Assembly: GCA_033977065.1 (NCBI GenBank) | Contig: JAXCHI010000003.1 | Location: 64,001 to 128,000 of the forward strand | Length of the DNA stretch: 64,000 nt | Reading direction: 5' to 3' | Origin: Candidatus Algichlamydia australiensis | GTDB taxonomy: Bacteria; Chlamydiota; Chlamydiia; Chlamydiales; JAJFMI01 | Part shown: positions 53,470 through 63,153 of the stretch, piece after piece | Position numbering within the stretch: position 1 is the first letter of the stretch | Layout: the number at the start of each line of letters is the position of its first letter | The notes under the pieces: model-generated | The model's input: only the letters and a program-made list of their open reading frames with translations | Databases searched by the model: none | Told to the model about the DNA's origin: nothing | Position numbers and translations under genes: made by a program

Positions 53470-54906
53470 ATGCCCTTTGAGCTCTTGCTTACAATTCTCG
53501 TCTTAGCCGTCGGTTTCTACATGGCGTGGAACATCGGGGCAAACGATGTAGCCAATGCAATGGGAACCTCTGTTGGTTCAGGTGCACTTACCTTGGCAAA
53601 GGCGGTTTTCATCGCGGGAATTTTAGAATTTTGTGGTGCCTATTTTCTGGGCTCCAGCGTTTCTGAAACAATGCAGCGAGGCATTGTCGACCCCCAACTC
53701 TTTGCAAACGATCCCAAAACTTTCCTTTTTGGCATGCTGGCCGCCCTTCTTGCAACGGCTGTTTGGCTCCAAATCGCCTCCTATTTTGGCTGGCCTGTCT
53801 CCACAACTCACGCTATCGTTGGTGCAATTCTTGGATTTGGAGCAATTGTAGCAGGTTTCCATACAGTTAAATGGAGTGTTGTTGGGTCGATTGCCCTGAG
53901 TTGGGTCATCTCTCCACTTATTTCGGGTATCATCGCCTTTTTGATCTTCTCGCTTATTCAACGCAACGTTCTCTATGCGATGAAACCCTTTCATGCCGCA
54001 AGAGTTTTGATTCCCTACCTTCTGTTTTTTACTTTCTTCACTTTCTCTTTTAGCTCCCTTTCTGACGGAATTAAGAATTTAAATTTGCATTTTACCCTCC
54101 TCTCTACACTATTCATTGCGCTAGGTATTGGCCTGCTTGCTTTCCTCATCGGACTTATTTTTCTTCGGGGGAAAAAACCTCCAGAGAGTCATGCAGAAGT
54201 CCCCCACTTGCGCTATGCTTACCAAGCGACCTCTCTTGCCAAAGCTGCTAAACATCTGGGACGCGTTAAGCTATCGAGCTCTGGAGAGACCCGTGATGAG
54301 CTTGAGCAACTGCATGAGCGCGTGAGAGCAATGCGCAAAGAACTTTCAGAAAAATCGCAAACACGCTCCCACAGTTCGGAGTACACCTCAGTTGAAAAAA
54401 TGTTTGCCTATTTGCAAATCATTAGCGCCTGCTTTGTCGCCTTTGCTCACGGCACAAATGATGTGGCCAACGCCATCGGTCCTGTTGCTGCTATCTTAGA
54501 AGTTGTACGTACAGGAGGCGTTGCCATCTCAGGTCAAATTCCTTCCTGGCTTCTTGCCTTTGGCGGATTTGGAATTGTAGTCGGACTTGCTACTTGGGGG
54601 TGGCGCGTGATTGAAACCATCGGCCGAAAAATCACAGAGCTCACTCCTACTCGCGGCTTTTCAGCAGAATTTGGTGCCGCTTCTACAATCTTGATCGCTT
54701 CAAAAATGGGCTTACCTGTCTCTACCACGCACTGCATTGTTGGGGCTGTTCTCGGTGTTGGCCTTGCTCGAGGAATCTCAGCTCTTAATCTCCGCATGCT
54801 GCGCGACATTGTCCTCTCTTGGATTGTCACACTGCCATCAAGCGCTCTTGCCTGTATCGTCTTTTATTATGTGATAAAAGCTCTCTTCACTCCGCTATTT
54901 TCATAG
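53470..54906 (+). CDS. Inorganic phosphate transporter (PiT family)
   Basis: GANDVANAMG, PVSTTH (twice), HGTNDVANA. Confidence 0.95.
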   Translation: MPFELLLTILVLAVGFYMAWNIGANDVANAMGTSVGSGALTLAKAVFIAGILEFCGAYFLGSSVSETMQRGIVDPQLFANDPKTFLFGMLAALLATAVWLQIASYFGWPVSTTHAIVGAILGFGAIVAGFHTVKWSVVGSIALSWVISPLISGIIAFLIFSLIQRNVLYAMKPFHAARVLIPYLLFFTFFTFSFSSLSDGIKNLNLHFTLLSTLFIALGIGLLAFLIGLIFLRGKKPPESHAEVPHLRYAYQATSLAKAAKHLGRVKLSSSGETRDELEQLHERVRAMRKELSEKSQTRSHSSEYTSVEKMFAYLQIISACFVAFAHGTNDVANAIGPVAAILEVVRTGGVAISGQIPSWLLAFGGFGIVVGLATWGWRVIETIGRKITELTPTRGFSAEFGAASTILIASKMGLPVSTTHCIVGAVLGVGLARGISALNLRMLRDIVLSWIVTLPSSALACIVFYYVIKALFTPLFS

Positions 54907-55036
54907 TGTTAATTATTTTAACATTTGAAAACTAGTGGCTTGCGATTTTCACCCCTCTGCACAAAATATGCTATTTCTAGATATTGTGCAGAGCAAATTC
55001 TTGCTTTTCCAATCTTTATTAGGTAAAGCAGAGGGT

Positions 55037-57583
55037 ATGGACTCTCTTACGCAGCTACAAGGCGAAAACTTTATTCATAAGATTAAACACTACCTCATTA
55101 CGACGATGGGAGTAACAAGCAATGAAGCGACAGATCAAGAATTCTATCGCGCTTTTTGCCAAGCTTTTCGCGAAGAGATCATGATTAACTGGACGGCGAA
55201 TAAACACACGTTTATGAAGACGCGCTGTCGCAGAGTATTCTATATTTCCATGGAGTATATGCCGGGACGGCAGCTCTCAAATAACATCGTGAACATTTGC
55301 TCATCTGACATTGTTCGCTACGTTTTGAAAAAGATGGATCGCGATCTAGGAAAGTTAATGCGCATGGAGAGCGACATTGGCATTGGCAACGGAGGGTTAG
55401 GACGGCTAGCATCGTGCTTTATGGATTCCCTAGCAACGCAGCAGTACCCCGCCCTTGGATATGGGATGCGCTATCAATATGGAATTTTTGAACAGGAGGT
55501 CTGGTGTGGCGTACAAGTTGAGAGGCCTGACTGCTGGCTCTTATATGAAAACCCCTGGGAGTTCCGACGTGATAATCATGCGGTAGCGATTAAGTTTGAT
55601 GGTCGAATAACTGGAAAAAAAAATAAAGCCGGTGAAGAGGTGTTTGATATCTCTGATCATGAAGAGGTACGCGCACTCCCCTTTGATCTACCGATTATCG
55701 GCTACCGCGAATCCCCCGATTTTTCTGTTCTCACTTTGCGCATCTGGTCGACTAAAGAATCGCCTCGCAACTTTGAACTGCAGCGCTTTAATGCAGGACA
55801 GCTAGGACCTGCAGGAGAAAATACAGCCTTAACTGACGTTCTCTACCCTAATGATAACCACGAATTAGGCAAGCGCATGCGTCTTAAGCAGGAGTTTTTA
55901 CTCTCTTCTGCATCATTGCAAGATATCATCGGTATCCATCTACACACGTTTGGCAATATGGATCAGTTTGCCGACAAAACACGTGTGCAAATTAATGATA
56001 CACACCCTGCTCTTTGCGTCGGTGAGCTCATGCGCCTTCTGATGCACCACCATGATTTTTCGTGGAAGGCAGCTTTTGAGGCGACATCTGAAGTCCTAAG
56101 CTACACCAACCATACGGTGTTAAAAGAGGCGTTAGAAGAGTGGAATATCGATCGTGTGCGCACTCTTTTGCCAAGGCAGTACCAAATTATTGAGCGCCTC
56201 AACGAACAATTTGTCACAAAGGTGCGCTCCCGCTTCCCCGGGGATGAAGAGCGAGTTCGTCGTATGTCCTTTATCGAGAGTGGCCAGATTCGCATGGCCA
56301 ACCTCTCTATTTACGGTTCACACCATGTGAATGGTGTTGCCAAACTTCATACAGAAATCTTAAAAGCGGACATGTTTCAAGACTTTTATGAGATGATGCC
56401 CGAAAAGTTTTTAGCCGTAACCAATGGTGTGACACAGAGGCGTTGGCTTCTTCTCTGCAATCCAGAACTCTCTCACTTCATTATAAAACGCATCGGCTCT
56501 GGATGGATTCAAAATTTTGAAGAGATTGCTAAACTGGCCGATTTTGCAGACAAGGAAGAGGATCAAAAAGAGTTTTTAGAGATCAAGAAAAAGCGCAAAG
56601 AGCTTTTTTTAGAGCATCTGACCCAAGAGATGGAAAAGCGTCACTGGTCAGGGTTTGAAAGCAATCATTTGCTTGGAACAGACGCCCTCTTTGATGTACA
56701 AATCAAACGCTTTCATGAGTACAAACGTCAATTGATGAATGTTTTGCACACACTCATCCTCTACCAAGAACTTGCAGAAAACCCCGAAGCGCGAACCGTT
56801 CCGCGGATGGTCTTTATTGGCGGAAAAGCAGCACCAGGTTATGAAACAGTCAAACATGTCTTGCGCCTGATTTACTGCGTAGCACGCAAGATCAATCAAA
56901 GTGAAATTGTGCGTAAAAAGTTGCGCCTCATCTTTGTAGAAAACTATAACGTCTCAAATGCGGAAATGATCATCCCCGCCTCCGATCTCTCTGAACAGAT
57001 CTCTACTGCGGGTATGGAAGCCTCAGGAACAGGAAATATGAAACTCTCCATAAACGGCTCTCTTACAATCGGCACCGATGATGGAGCCAACGTAGAGATG
57101 CACGCAGCAGTTACCGATCAGTGGTGGCCTTTCCAGTTTGGAGCTAGCGCTGCAGAGAATACGCGGGCTCTTCAAGAAGGGAGTTACGATCCACAAGAAA
57201 TTATTATGCACAACCCGCATATCCAAAAGGCTTTAGACGCTCTTCTTGATGGATCATTAACAGAAAACGACGCTGAAGCGGAAAACTTGCGCCACCTCCA
57301 CCACCTTTTAACACAAAGCGATCGCTACTTTGTCCTAAAAGATCTTGTTCCCTACTACGAAACGCAAAAACGCGTCGAAGAACTTTTTCAAACTCCCCTA
57401 AAATGGGCACAGTACGCACTACATAATATTGCTGGCATGGGCTCGTTCTCTTCAGATGAGTCGATCCGCAACTATGCAGAAAAGATTTGGCAAGTTGAGC
57501 CAGTACCTGTAGATCTAGAAGAACTCAAGCGCGTCCGTGAAGAGTATAGCGAGCACGACAAGTGCCGTATTCTTCCAGGATAA
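55037..57583 (+). CDS. glgP: Glycogen phosphorylase
   Basis: GNGGLGRLA, INDTHP, KRFHEYKRQ, EASGTGNMK; ATG 55037 with GAGG RBS. Confidence 0.96.
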   Translation: MDSLTQLQGENFIHKIKHYLITTMGVTSNEATDQEFYRAFCQAFREEIMINWTANKHTFMKTRCRRVFYISMEYMPGRQLSNNIVNICSSDIVRYVLKKMDRDLGKLMRMESDIGIGNGGLGRLASCFMDSLATQQYPALGYGMRYQYGIFEQEVWCGVQVERPDCWLLYENPWEFRRDNHAVAIKFDGRITGKKNKAGEEVFDISDHEEVRALPFDLPIIGYRESPDFSVLTLRIWSTKESPRNFELQRFNAGQLGPAGENTALTDVLYPNDNHELGKRMRLKQEFLLSSASLQDIIGIHLHTFGNMDQFADKTRVQINDTHPALCVGELMRLLMHHHDFSWKAAFEATSEVLSYTNHTVLKEALEEWNIDRVRTLLPRQYQIIERLNEQFVTKVRSRFPGDEERVRRMSFIESGQIRMANLSIYGSHHVNGVAKLHTEILKADMFQDFYEMMPEKFLAVTNGVTQRRWLLLCNPELSHFIIKRIGSGWIQNFEEIAKLADFADKEEDQKEFLEIKKKRKELFLEHLTQEMEKRHWSGFESNHLLGTDALFDVQIKRFHEYKRQLMNVLHTLILYQELAENPEARTVPRMVFIGGKAAPGYETVKHVLRLIYCVARKINQSEIVRKKLRLIFVENYNVSNAEMIIPASDLSEQISTAGMEASGTGNMKLSINGSLTIGTDDGANVEMHAAVTDQWWPFQFGASAAENTRALQEGSYDPQEIIMHNPHIQKALDALLDGSLTENDAEAENLRHLHHLLTQSDRYFVLKDLVPYYETQKRVEELFQTPLKWAQYALHNIAGMGSFSSDESIRNYAEKIWQVEPVPVDLEELKRVREEYSEHDKCRILPG

Positions 57584-57606
57584 CGGCTTTAAAAATAGAC
57601 AATTAT

Positions 57607-58365
57607 CTACTGTTTTTCAGGAATGAGATCCCACTTTGCAAGAAGCTTTTTAAAGTTGCTCTCGTGCTGGAGTTTATCTAGGCCGCGGTTGAAGCGATAC
57701 ATAAGCTCGGGCTCCTCATCTTTAAGTGTCACAAGGCGAAGACCGTCGTTGCCAAAAGGGCCTAATACTATTTTGAGTTGTCCCTTGTAAAGATCTTCAA
57801 TATAGCCAATGGCAGCAAGGTTTGGTACCATCACTCCATCGTAATGACCGAATTCTACTTTGCTTAACGCTTCGGGAAGAGATTCAAAAAAGCGGATAAG
57901 TACATCTTTATGCGATTCCACAATCTGTGCTGCTTCTGTGTGCATCTCAACTGCCACAGATTTGCCCTTCATATCTTTCCAAGACTTCACTTTCTCTTTC
58001 TGCCGCACAATCAGCACAGAGCCCGTATTGATGATACGGTCGGAAAAAGAGAATTCATCTTTTGTGATGAGATTGACCGGAAGACCGGAAAGAATCCCCT
58101 CATAGAGTCCTTTTTGCAAACCATCCACAACATTATCCCAACTCATTGTGATGCGAACAAATTCGATTCTCTCTTTTCTTCCTATTTTTTTTAGTAAATC
58201 ATTTGTAAAAGCGAATACATTATAATCTTTTCCTAAAAGTTCAAGAGGAAAGAAACTAGGATCTACCCCAATACGATAGACTTTTCCTCTTGGTGAGCAG
58301 GAAAAAGTCACGAGTAGAAGAAGTAATAAAGATAATGTAATTCGTTTCATAATCTTATTTTGCAC
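57607..58365 (-). CDS. Amino-acid ABC transporter substrate-binding lipoprotein (family 3)
   Basis: Lipobox TFSC, GVDPSFFP, family 3 substrate-binding pattern ending LLAKW. Confidence 0.8.
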   Translation of the reverse strand: MQNKIMKRITLSLLLLLLVTFSCSPRGKVYRIGVDPSFFPLELLGKDYNVFAFTNDLLKKIGRKERIEFVRITMSWDNVVDGLQKGLYEGILSGLPVNLITKDEFSFSDRIINTGSVLIVRQKEKVKSWKDMKGKSVAVEMHTEAAQIVESHKDVLIRFFESLPEALSKVEFGHYDGVMVPNLAAIGYIEDLYKGQLKIVLGPFGNDGLRLVTLKDEEPELMYRFNRGLDKLQHESNFKKLLAKWDLIPEKQ

Positions 58366-58401
58366 AGTAACATAGGCATACCTCTTTCGAAAAGTGGATT
58401 G

Positions 58402-58431
58402 TTGACAAGGAGATTCAAAAATCAGTACGAT
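58402..58431 (+). promoter_or_regulatory. Putative promoter of fcl-gmd
   Basis: TTGACA-N18-TACGAT. Confidence 0.5.
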
Positions 58432-58463
58432 GCCTCATTAAAGCTTAAAGTCGAAGGCTTGAA

Positions 58464-59450
58464 ATGAAAAAGTTTATTCTAGGGTTGATCGTATTCGCAT
58501 TTCCCCTAATTGCAGGTGAAATCCCACGCGACGCAAAGGTTTATGTTGCTGGTCATAGAGGTCTTGTGGGCAGCGCTATTATGCGTCATCTGAAAGAGGA
58601 AGGATTTACAAATATTATAACCCGTACTTCAAGCGAACTCGATTTGCGCGACCAAAAGGCTGCTAATGATTTTTTTGCAAAAGAGAAGCCTGAGTACGTC
58701 TTTCTTGCAGCAGCTAAAGTAGGCGGAATTTTGGGAAATTGTTCTGCGCAAGCCGAATTTCTCTATAACAACTTGATGATTGCGACGAGCACTATCAAAG
58801 CAGCTCATAATCATGGTGTAAAGCGCTTTATTAACCTCGGCTCCTCTTGCATCTATCCCCGCATGTGCCCGCAACCAATTAAAGAAGAGTACTTACTAAC
58901 AGGCGCTTTGGAAGAGACTAACTACGGCTATGCCATTGCAAAAATTGCAGCGATCAAACTTTGCAAAGCACTAAATGTGGAAAATAAAACGCGTTTTATC
59001 TCAATTATGCCGTGTAACTTATATGGTCCAAACGACAACTATGACCCCAAGACAAGCCATCTCTTTCCTGCAATGATTCGTAAAATTGTCGAGGCAAAAG
59101 AGAATGGGGATCCTACTTTTGTTATGTGGGGAACAGGAAGTCCAAAGCGCGAATTTATGCACTCTGATGATGTAGCACGCGCTTCTCTCTTTTTAATGGA
59201 AAATTACGATGGCGATGAGATTGTAAACATTGGCTGGGGAAAAGATATCTCTGTGCTCGACTTCACCAATATGGTCAAAGAAGCTGTTGGGTATGAGGGC
59301 GAAATTGTTCTTGATCCCACAAAGCCTGATGGAACTCCACGAAAAATCATGGATGTCTCTCGCTTAAAATCTTTAGGTTTTGAGCCGAAAATTTCTTTGA
59401 GAGAGGGCATTGAGAGAACTGTACAAGATTTTCTTAAGGAGCATCGATGA
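58464..59450 (+). CDS. fcl: GDP-L-fucose synthase with signal-peptide-like extension
   Basis: [36 protein letters not shown]. Confidence 0.95.
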   Translation: MKKFILGLIVFAFPLIAGEIPRDAKVYVAGHRGLVGSAIMRHLKEEGFTNIITRTSSELDLRDQKAANDFFAKEKPEYVFLAAAKVGGILGNCSAQAEFLYNNLMIATSTIKAAHNHGVKRFINLGSSCIYPRMCPQPIKEEYLLTGALEETNYGYAIAKIAAIKLCKALNVENKTRFISIMPCNLYGPNDNYDPKTSHLFPAMIRKIVEAKENGDPTFVMWGTGSPKREFMHSDDVARASLFLMENYDGDEIVNIGWGKDISVLDFTNMVKEAVGYEGEIVLDPTKPDGTPRKIMDVSRLKSLGFEPKISLREGIERTVQDFLKEHR

Positions 59451-60535
59451 GAAAGGTTTGGCTTTTCTTTCTTCTCCCTCTTGCTCTTTTTGCACAGAAA
59501 AAGGCGATCATCTTCGGTATTACAGGCCAAGATGGCGCCTATCTAGCAGAATTTCTATTAGAAAAGGGCTACGAAGTGCACGGTGTAAAGCGCCGTGCCT
59601 CTTTTCGTAATACACAGCGCGTTGACCATATTTACGAAGAGCCGCAGGCAAAATCAAGGCACTTCTATCTCCACTATGGGGATGTTACAGATGCCCTTGG
59701 TATTGCAAAACTCGTTCATCAAATTGAACCCGATGAGATCTACAACCTAGCAGCCCAAAGCCATGTGCGCCTCTCATTTGAGATCCCTGACTACACAAAT
59801 GATGTCAATGCAGGCGGTCCTTTGCGCATACTAGAAGCGATCCACGCTCTGGGAATGGAAGATAAAGTCCGTTTTTATCAAGCTTCTACAAGCGAGATGT
59901 TTGGAGCCGCGTCTCCTCCTCAAAACGAGCAGACGCTTTTTTATCCAAGATCCCCTTATGCTGTTAGCAAACTTGCTGGGCACTGGCACACAATCAATTA
60001 CCGTGAAGCTTACGGTATCTTTGCTTGCAGTGGGATTCTGTTTAATCACGAATCACCAAGACGTGGCGAGACCTTTCTCTCTCACAAAGTGACAAAAGCT
60101 GCTGCACGCATTAGTAAAGGCCTGCAAGAAAAACTCTATATCGGCAATCTCAATGCGCGCCGCGACTGGGGATATGCACTGGATTATGTCGAAGCCATGT
60201 GGTTGATGCTCCAGCAAAATAATCCTGACGACTATGTGATTGCAACAGGAGAATCGCACTCTGTTCGCGAATTTTGTGAACTCGCTTTTTCATTTGTAGG
60301 TATTGATCTTGCCTGGAAAGGAGAAGGTCTTGATGAAGTGGGTTACGACCGCAAAACAGGACGAATTATTATCGAGATTGATGAGCGCTACTTCAGACCA
60401 ACAGAGGTTGATTTCTTACGCGGTGACCCTTCTAAAGCAATCAAAAAACTCGGTTGGAATCCACAAAAAACTTCGTTTAAAGAGCTTGTGGAGTTAATGG
60501 TGCGACATAATTTAGAAGAGATTGTAGACGTATAA
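59447..60535 (+). CDS. gmd: GDP-mannose 4,6-dehydratase with signal-peptide-like extension
   Basis: [40 protein letters not shown]. Confidence 0.96.
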   Translation: MRKVWLFFLLPLALFAQKKAIIFGITGQDGAYLAEFLLEKGYEVHGVKRRASFRNTQRVDHIYEEPQAKSRHFYLHYGDVTDALGIAKLVHQIEPDEIYNLAAQSHVRLSFEIPDYTNDVNAGGPLRILEAIHALGMEDKVRFYQASTSEMFGAASPPQNEQTLFYPRSPYAVSKLAGHWHTINYREAYGIFACSGILFNHESPRRGETFLSHKVTKAAARISKGLQEKLYIGNLNARRDWGYALDYVEAMWLMLQQNNPDDYVIATGESHSVREFCELAFSFVGIDLAWKGEGLDEVGYDRKTGRIIIEIDERYFRPTEVDFLRGDPSKAIKKLGWNPQKTSFKELVELMVRHNLEEIVDV

Positions 60536-60561
60536 ATTATTTTTTTGATAGTTTGGGGCCG

Positions 60562-61515
60562 ATGTTAAAAAAAATATTATATATTGGTCTATTTGCTCTT
60601 TTTACTACAGGGTGCGCGAAAAAGGAGGGGTTTGCCGTACGTAAAATCACCTCTTCCCATGCGCCAAATGAAAAGTGGGAAACCGAAGCCATTAGCGGTG
60701 ATCAGCTCGAAGAGCTGAAAACTCTTTTTGACGAGCCTTTTTACTACTTGGCAAAAGGGTGCCAATCCTACGCTTTTGTCTCAGCAGATGGGAAAACAGT
60801 TCTCAAGTTTTTTCGCCAGCGTCGCTTGGGGCGCCACACATGGCAAAACGCGCTTCCTCTTCCTCACTCCTTAATGAAAGGGTATGCGAAAAAATTTGAG
60901 GAGGGTCTTGCGCAGAGGGAAAAAGAGTTTTCTGGTTATAAAGAGGCTTTTGAAAACTTGCGAGATGAGACGGGACTTGTCTACCTCCATTTAAATCCTA
61001 CTCACGAGCTCTTAAACAAAAAAGTAACCCTTTATTATAAAAATAAGCGCGTTGACGTAATCGATATCGACAAGTTTGAATTTGTTTTACAAAAGCGCGC
61101 TATACTTGGCTTTGATCATTTAGAAGATCTCATGAAGAGAGGAGAACAGAGGCGCGCTCTTAACTCTATCTGTTCGTTTGTCAACCTGATCATCAACCGC
61201 TGCCAAAAAGGTTATGCTGACTATGACCAACAATTCTCTAAAAATTTTGGTTTTATAAATGACCAAGCAATTGAAATTGATATTGGCTACCTAGAAAAAG
61301 ACCCCTCCATGAAAAGTGCGGATAAATGCCAGACTGAAGTAGAATCGGTAACCGAGTGGGTTTTAAATTGGTTTTATGAAAATCATCCCGAAACCCTACC
61401 AAGAGTAAAAGAGATCATCAAAAGAACCGTTAATGAAAAATGCGCTTGTCAAGGGAGCGATCTCTCTACACAAACTCTGCCAACCCAAGAGGAATCCTCT
61501 TCACAATCCGACTAG
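60562..61515 (+). CDS. Lipoprotein with protein-kinase-like fold
   Basis: Lipobox TTGC; YLAKGCQSYAF, VLKFF, D.D.....N, IDIG. Confidence 0.6.
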   Translation: MLKKILYIGLFALFTTGCAKKEGFAVRKITSSHAPNEKWETEAISGDQLEELKTLFDEPFYYLAKGCQSYAFVSADGKTVLKFFRQRRLGRHTWQNALPLPHSLMKGYAKKFEEGLAQREKEFSGYKEAFENLRDETGLVYLHLNPTHELLNKKVTLYYKNKRVDVIDIDKFEFVLQKRAILGFDHLEDLMKRGEQRRALNSICSFVNLIINRCQKGYADYDQQFSKNFGFINDQAIEIDIGYLEKDPSMKSADKCQTEVESVTEWVLNWFYENHPETLPRVKEIIKRTVNEKCACQGSDLSTQTLPTQEESSSQSD

Positions 61516-62455
61516 CCCTCGTATACTCATATTTTCTACAACAGGGGTAGGTGATACTCTCTGGGGAACGCCAGCTATCCGCGCTATAAAAAAAACTTTT
61601 CCAGAAGGAAACATAACTGTTGTCACAAGCAAAGCGGGAAAAGAGCTTCTTTTGCACAATCCCTATGTAGATCAAATTATTCCCTTTGACGCACCACACT
61701 TAAAAAAAACTATCCAATCATTGAATGCGGACACCGCTCTGATTTTTCACATCTCACAGCGTATCATGATGCCATTGAGCTACTTCTCAAATGCGAGCCG
61801 TATCGTAGGATCTGCTGGCATCAATAAGGGACTAGATAGTCTACTCACACACTGCTTAGAGAAAAAATATGAACATGAAATTCAGCGCCGCCTGAGACAA
61901 GCTGAACTAATAGGAGCTTCCCCTGATGGAAGTGAAATGGAAATTTTTCTTACAGATACAGAACGCTCTCACGCACCTGCCCTCCCAAAACCTCTTATTG
62001 CAATTCACCCAGGAAGTAAAGATCTTTTTAAACAGTACCCCCCTCACCTATTTGCCGAAGTGGGGAAAAAATTATCTGGAACAGTTGTAATTACAGGAGG
62101 AAAAGACGAAGTCGCCCTTTGTGAAGAGGTTGCTAACGCTATTCCTGGTAGCACTTCTCTAGCAGGAAAATTCTCTTTACGAGAGCTTGCCGCCCTCATC
62201 GAAAAATGCAATCTTTTTATTACAAATGATACAGGACCTATGCATATCGCCTGTGCAATGAAAACAAAAACCATCGCTCTTTTTGGGCCCACTGATCCAA
62301 AACTCTGCGGTCCCTATCAAAATGAAAATACAACTGTTTTGCAGCGCTCGCCAACCTGCACGCCCTGCCTAAGAAAAAAATGTTTGGATCCTTTTTGTAT
62401 GCATCAAATTTCGCCATATGATGTGGTAAATGAGATTTCATCACTTATAGGGTAA
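61433..62455 (+). CDS. Glycosyltransferase family 9 (heptosyltransferase-like)
   Basis: GVGDTL, IHPGS, ITNDTGPMHIA, LFGPT. Confidence 0.92.
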   Translation: MKNALVKGAISLHKLCQPKRNPLHNPTSPRILIFSTTGVGDTLWGTPAIRAIKKTFPEGNITVVTSKAGKELLLHNPYVDQIIPFDAPHLKKTIQSLNADTALIFHISQRIMMPLSYFSNASRIVGSAGINKGLDSLLTHCLEKKYEHEIQRRLRQAELIGASPDGSEMEIFLTDTERSHAPALPKPLIAIHPGSKDLFKQYPPHLFAEVGKKLSGTVVITGGKDEVALCEEVANAIPGSTSLAGKFSLRELAALIEKCNLFITNDTGPMHIACAMKTKTIALFGPTDPKLCGPYQNENTTVLQRSPTCTPCLRKKCLDPFCMHQISPYDVVNEISSLIG

Positions 62456-63084
62456 TTCTTTAAAGTTTCCATAACTCTTTCATTTGAGAAATACCAAATT
62501 GAGCTAATATCATCATTAGGGCAGGAAGAAATCTCTTCTTGATAAGCGCCAAAAGGAACGCTTCGCTCTTGGAAAAGTTGTAAAATGTCTTTATGAGAGT
62601 AAAACCAAGCCTGTCCAATATCTCTTTCTGCTGGCAGATGACCCACATCCATCATTGCACGTACATTTTCAGTTTGTCCCTTTTTCACCGACCAGTGAAA
62701 AGTCTCTTCTCTACTGATTGTTGGACGTGAAATAATCGAAAGTGAGCCAAAAATTCCCACCCCTATAAGTGTAAACAGAGTTAATTTGAGTAAGTGGGCA
62801 GCAACTAAGAGAGTTCCTGCCGCCACAACTGCGGAGACTAAAGAGGGTCCCACAATGAGCAGAGCGATTGAAAAGGCGGCTGTAAGAGCTACAGACGTGA
62901 GAAAAAAATAGAATTGAGGATCACTTGCCATTTTCCGCAAATGAATAGGGGTGTAAACACGCAATTTTTCCTTAATAGTTGCATGGGGAGCTTTTGGCAC
63001 TGGAATCTTCGGTATTTCAACTTCTTCCGGAGGAGCTCCTGTAACCCACTGTGGTTCAGCTGTATAAGTTTCTGTTCTATTCAT
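62404..63084 (-). CDS. Putative inclusion membrane (Inc-like) protein with ankyrin-like repeat
   Basis: About 60-aa bilobed hydrophobic stretch, no signal peptide; FHWSVKKGQTENVRAMMDVG. Confidence 0.55.
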   Translation of the reverse strand: MNRTETYTAEPQWVTGAPPEEVEIPKIPVPKAPHATIKEKLRVYTPIHLRKMASDPQFYFFLTSVALTAAFSIALLIVGPSLVSAVVAAGTLLVAAHLLKLTLFTLIGVGIFGSLSIISRPTISREETFHWSVKKGQTENVRAMMDVGHLPAERDIGQAWFYSHKDILQLFQERSVPFGAYQEEISSCPNDDISSIWYFSNERVMETLKNYPISDEISFTTSYGEI

Positions 63085-63153
63085 TTTCTTTCTCTATTAT
63101 ACTGACTACTGGGTCCATTGTAGCATAAAAATTTTTAATTATAAAGGTTTTAT

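Noticed and set aside
54935..55036. N-terminal extension of glgP and the inverted repeat ctctgcacaa/ttgtgcagag
   Set aside because: ATG 55037 has a good RBS; the short hairpin is most simply an intergenic terminator or leader structure with no further support.
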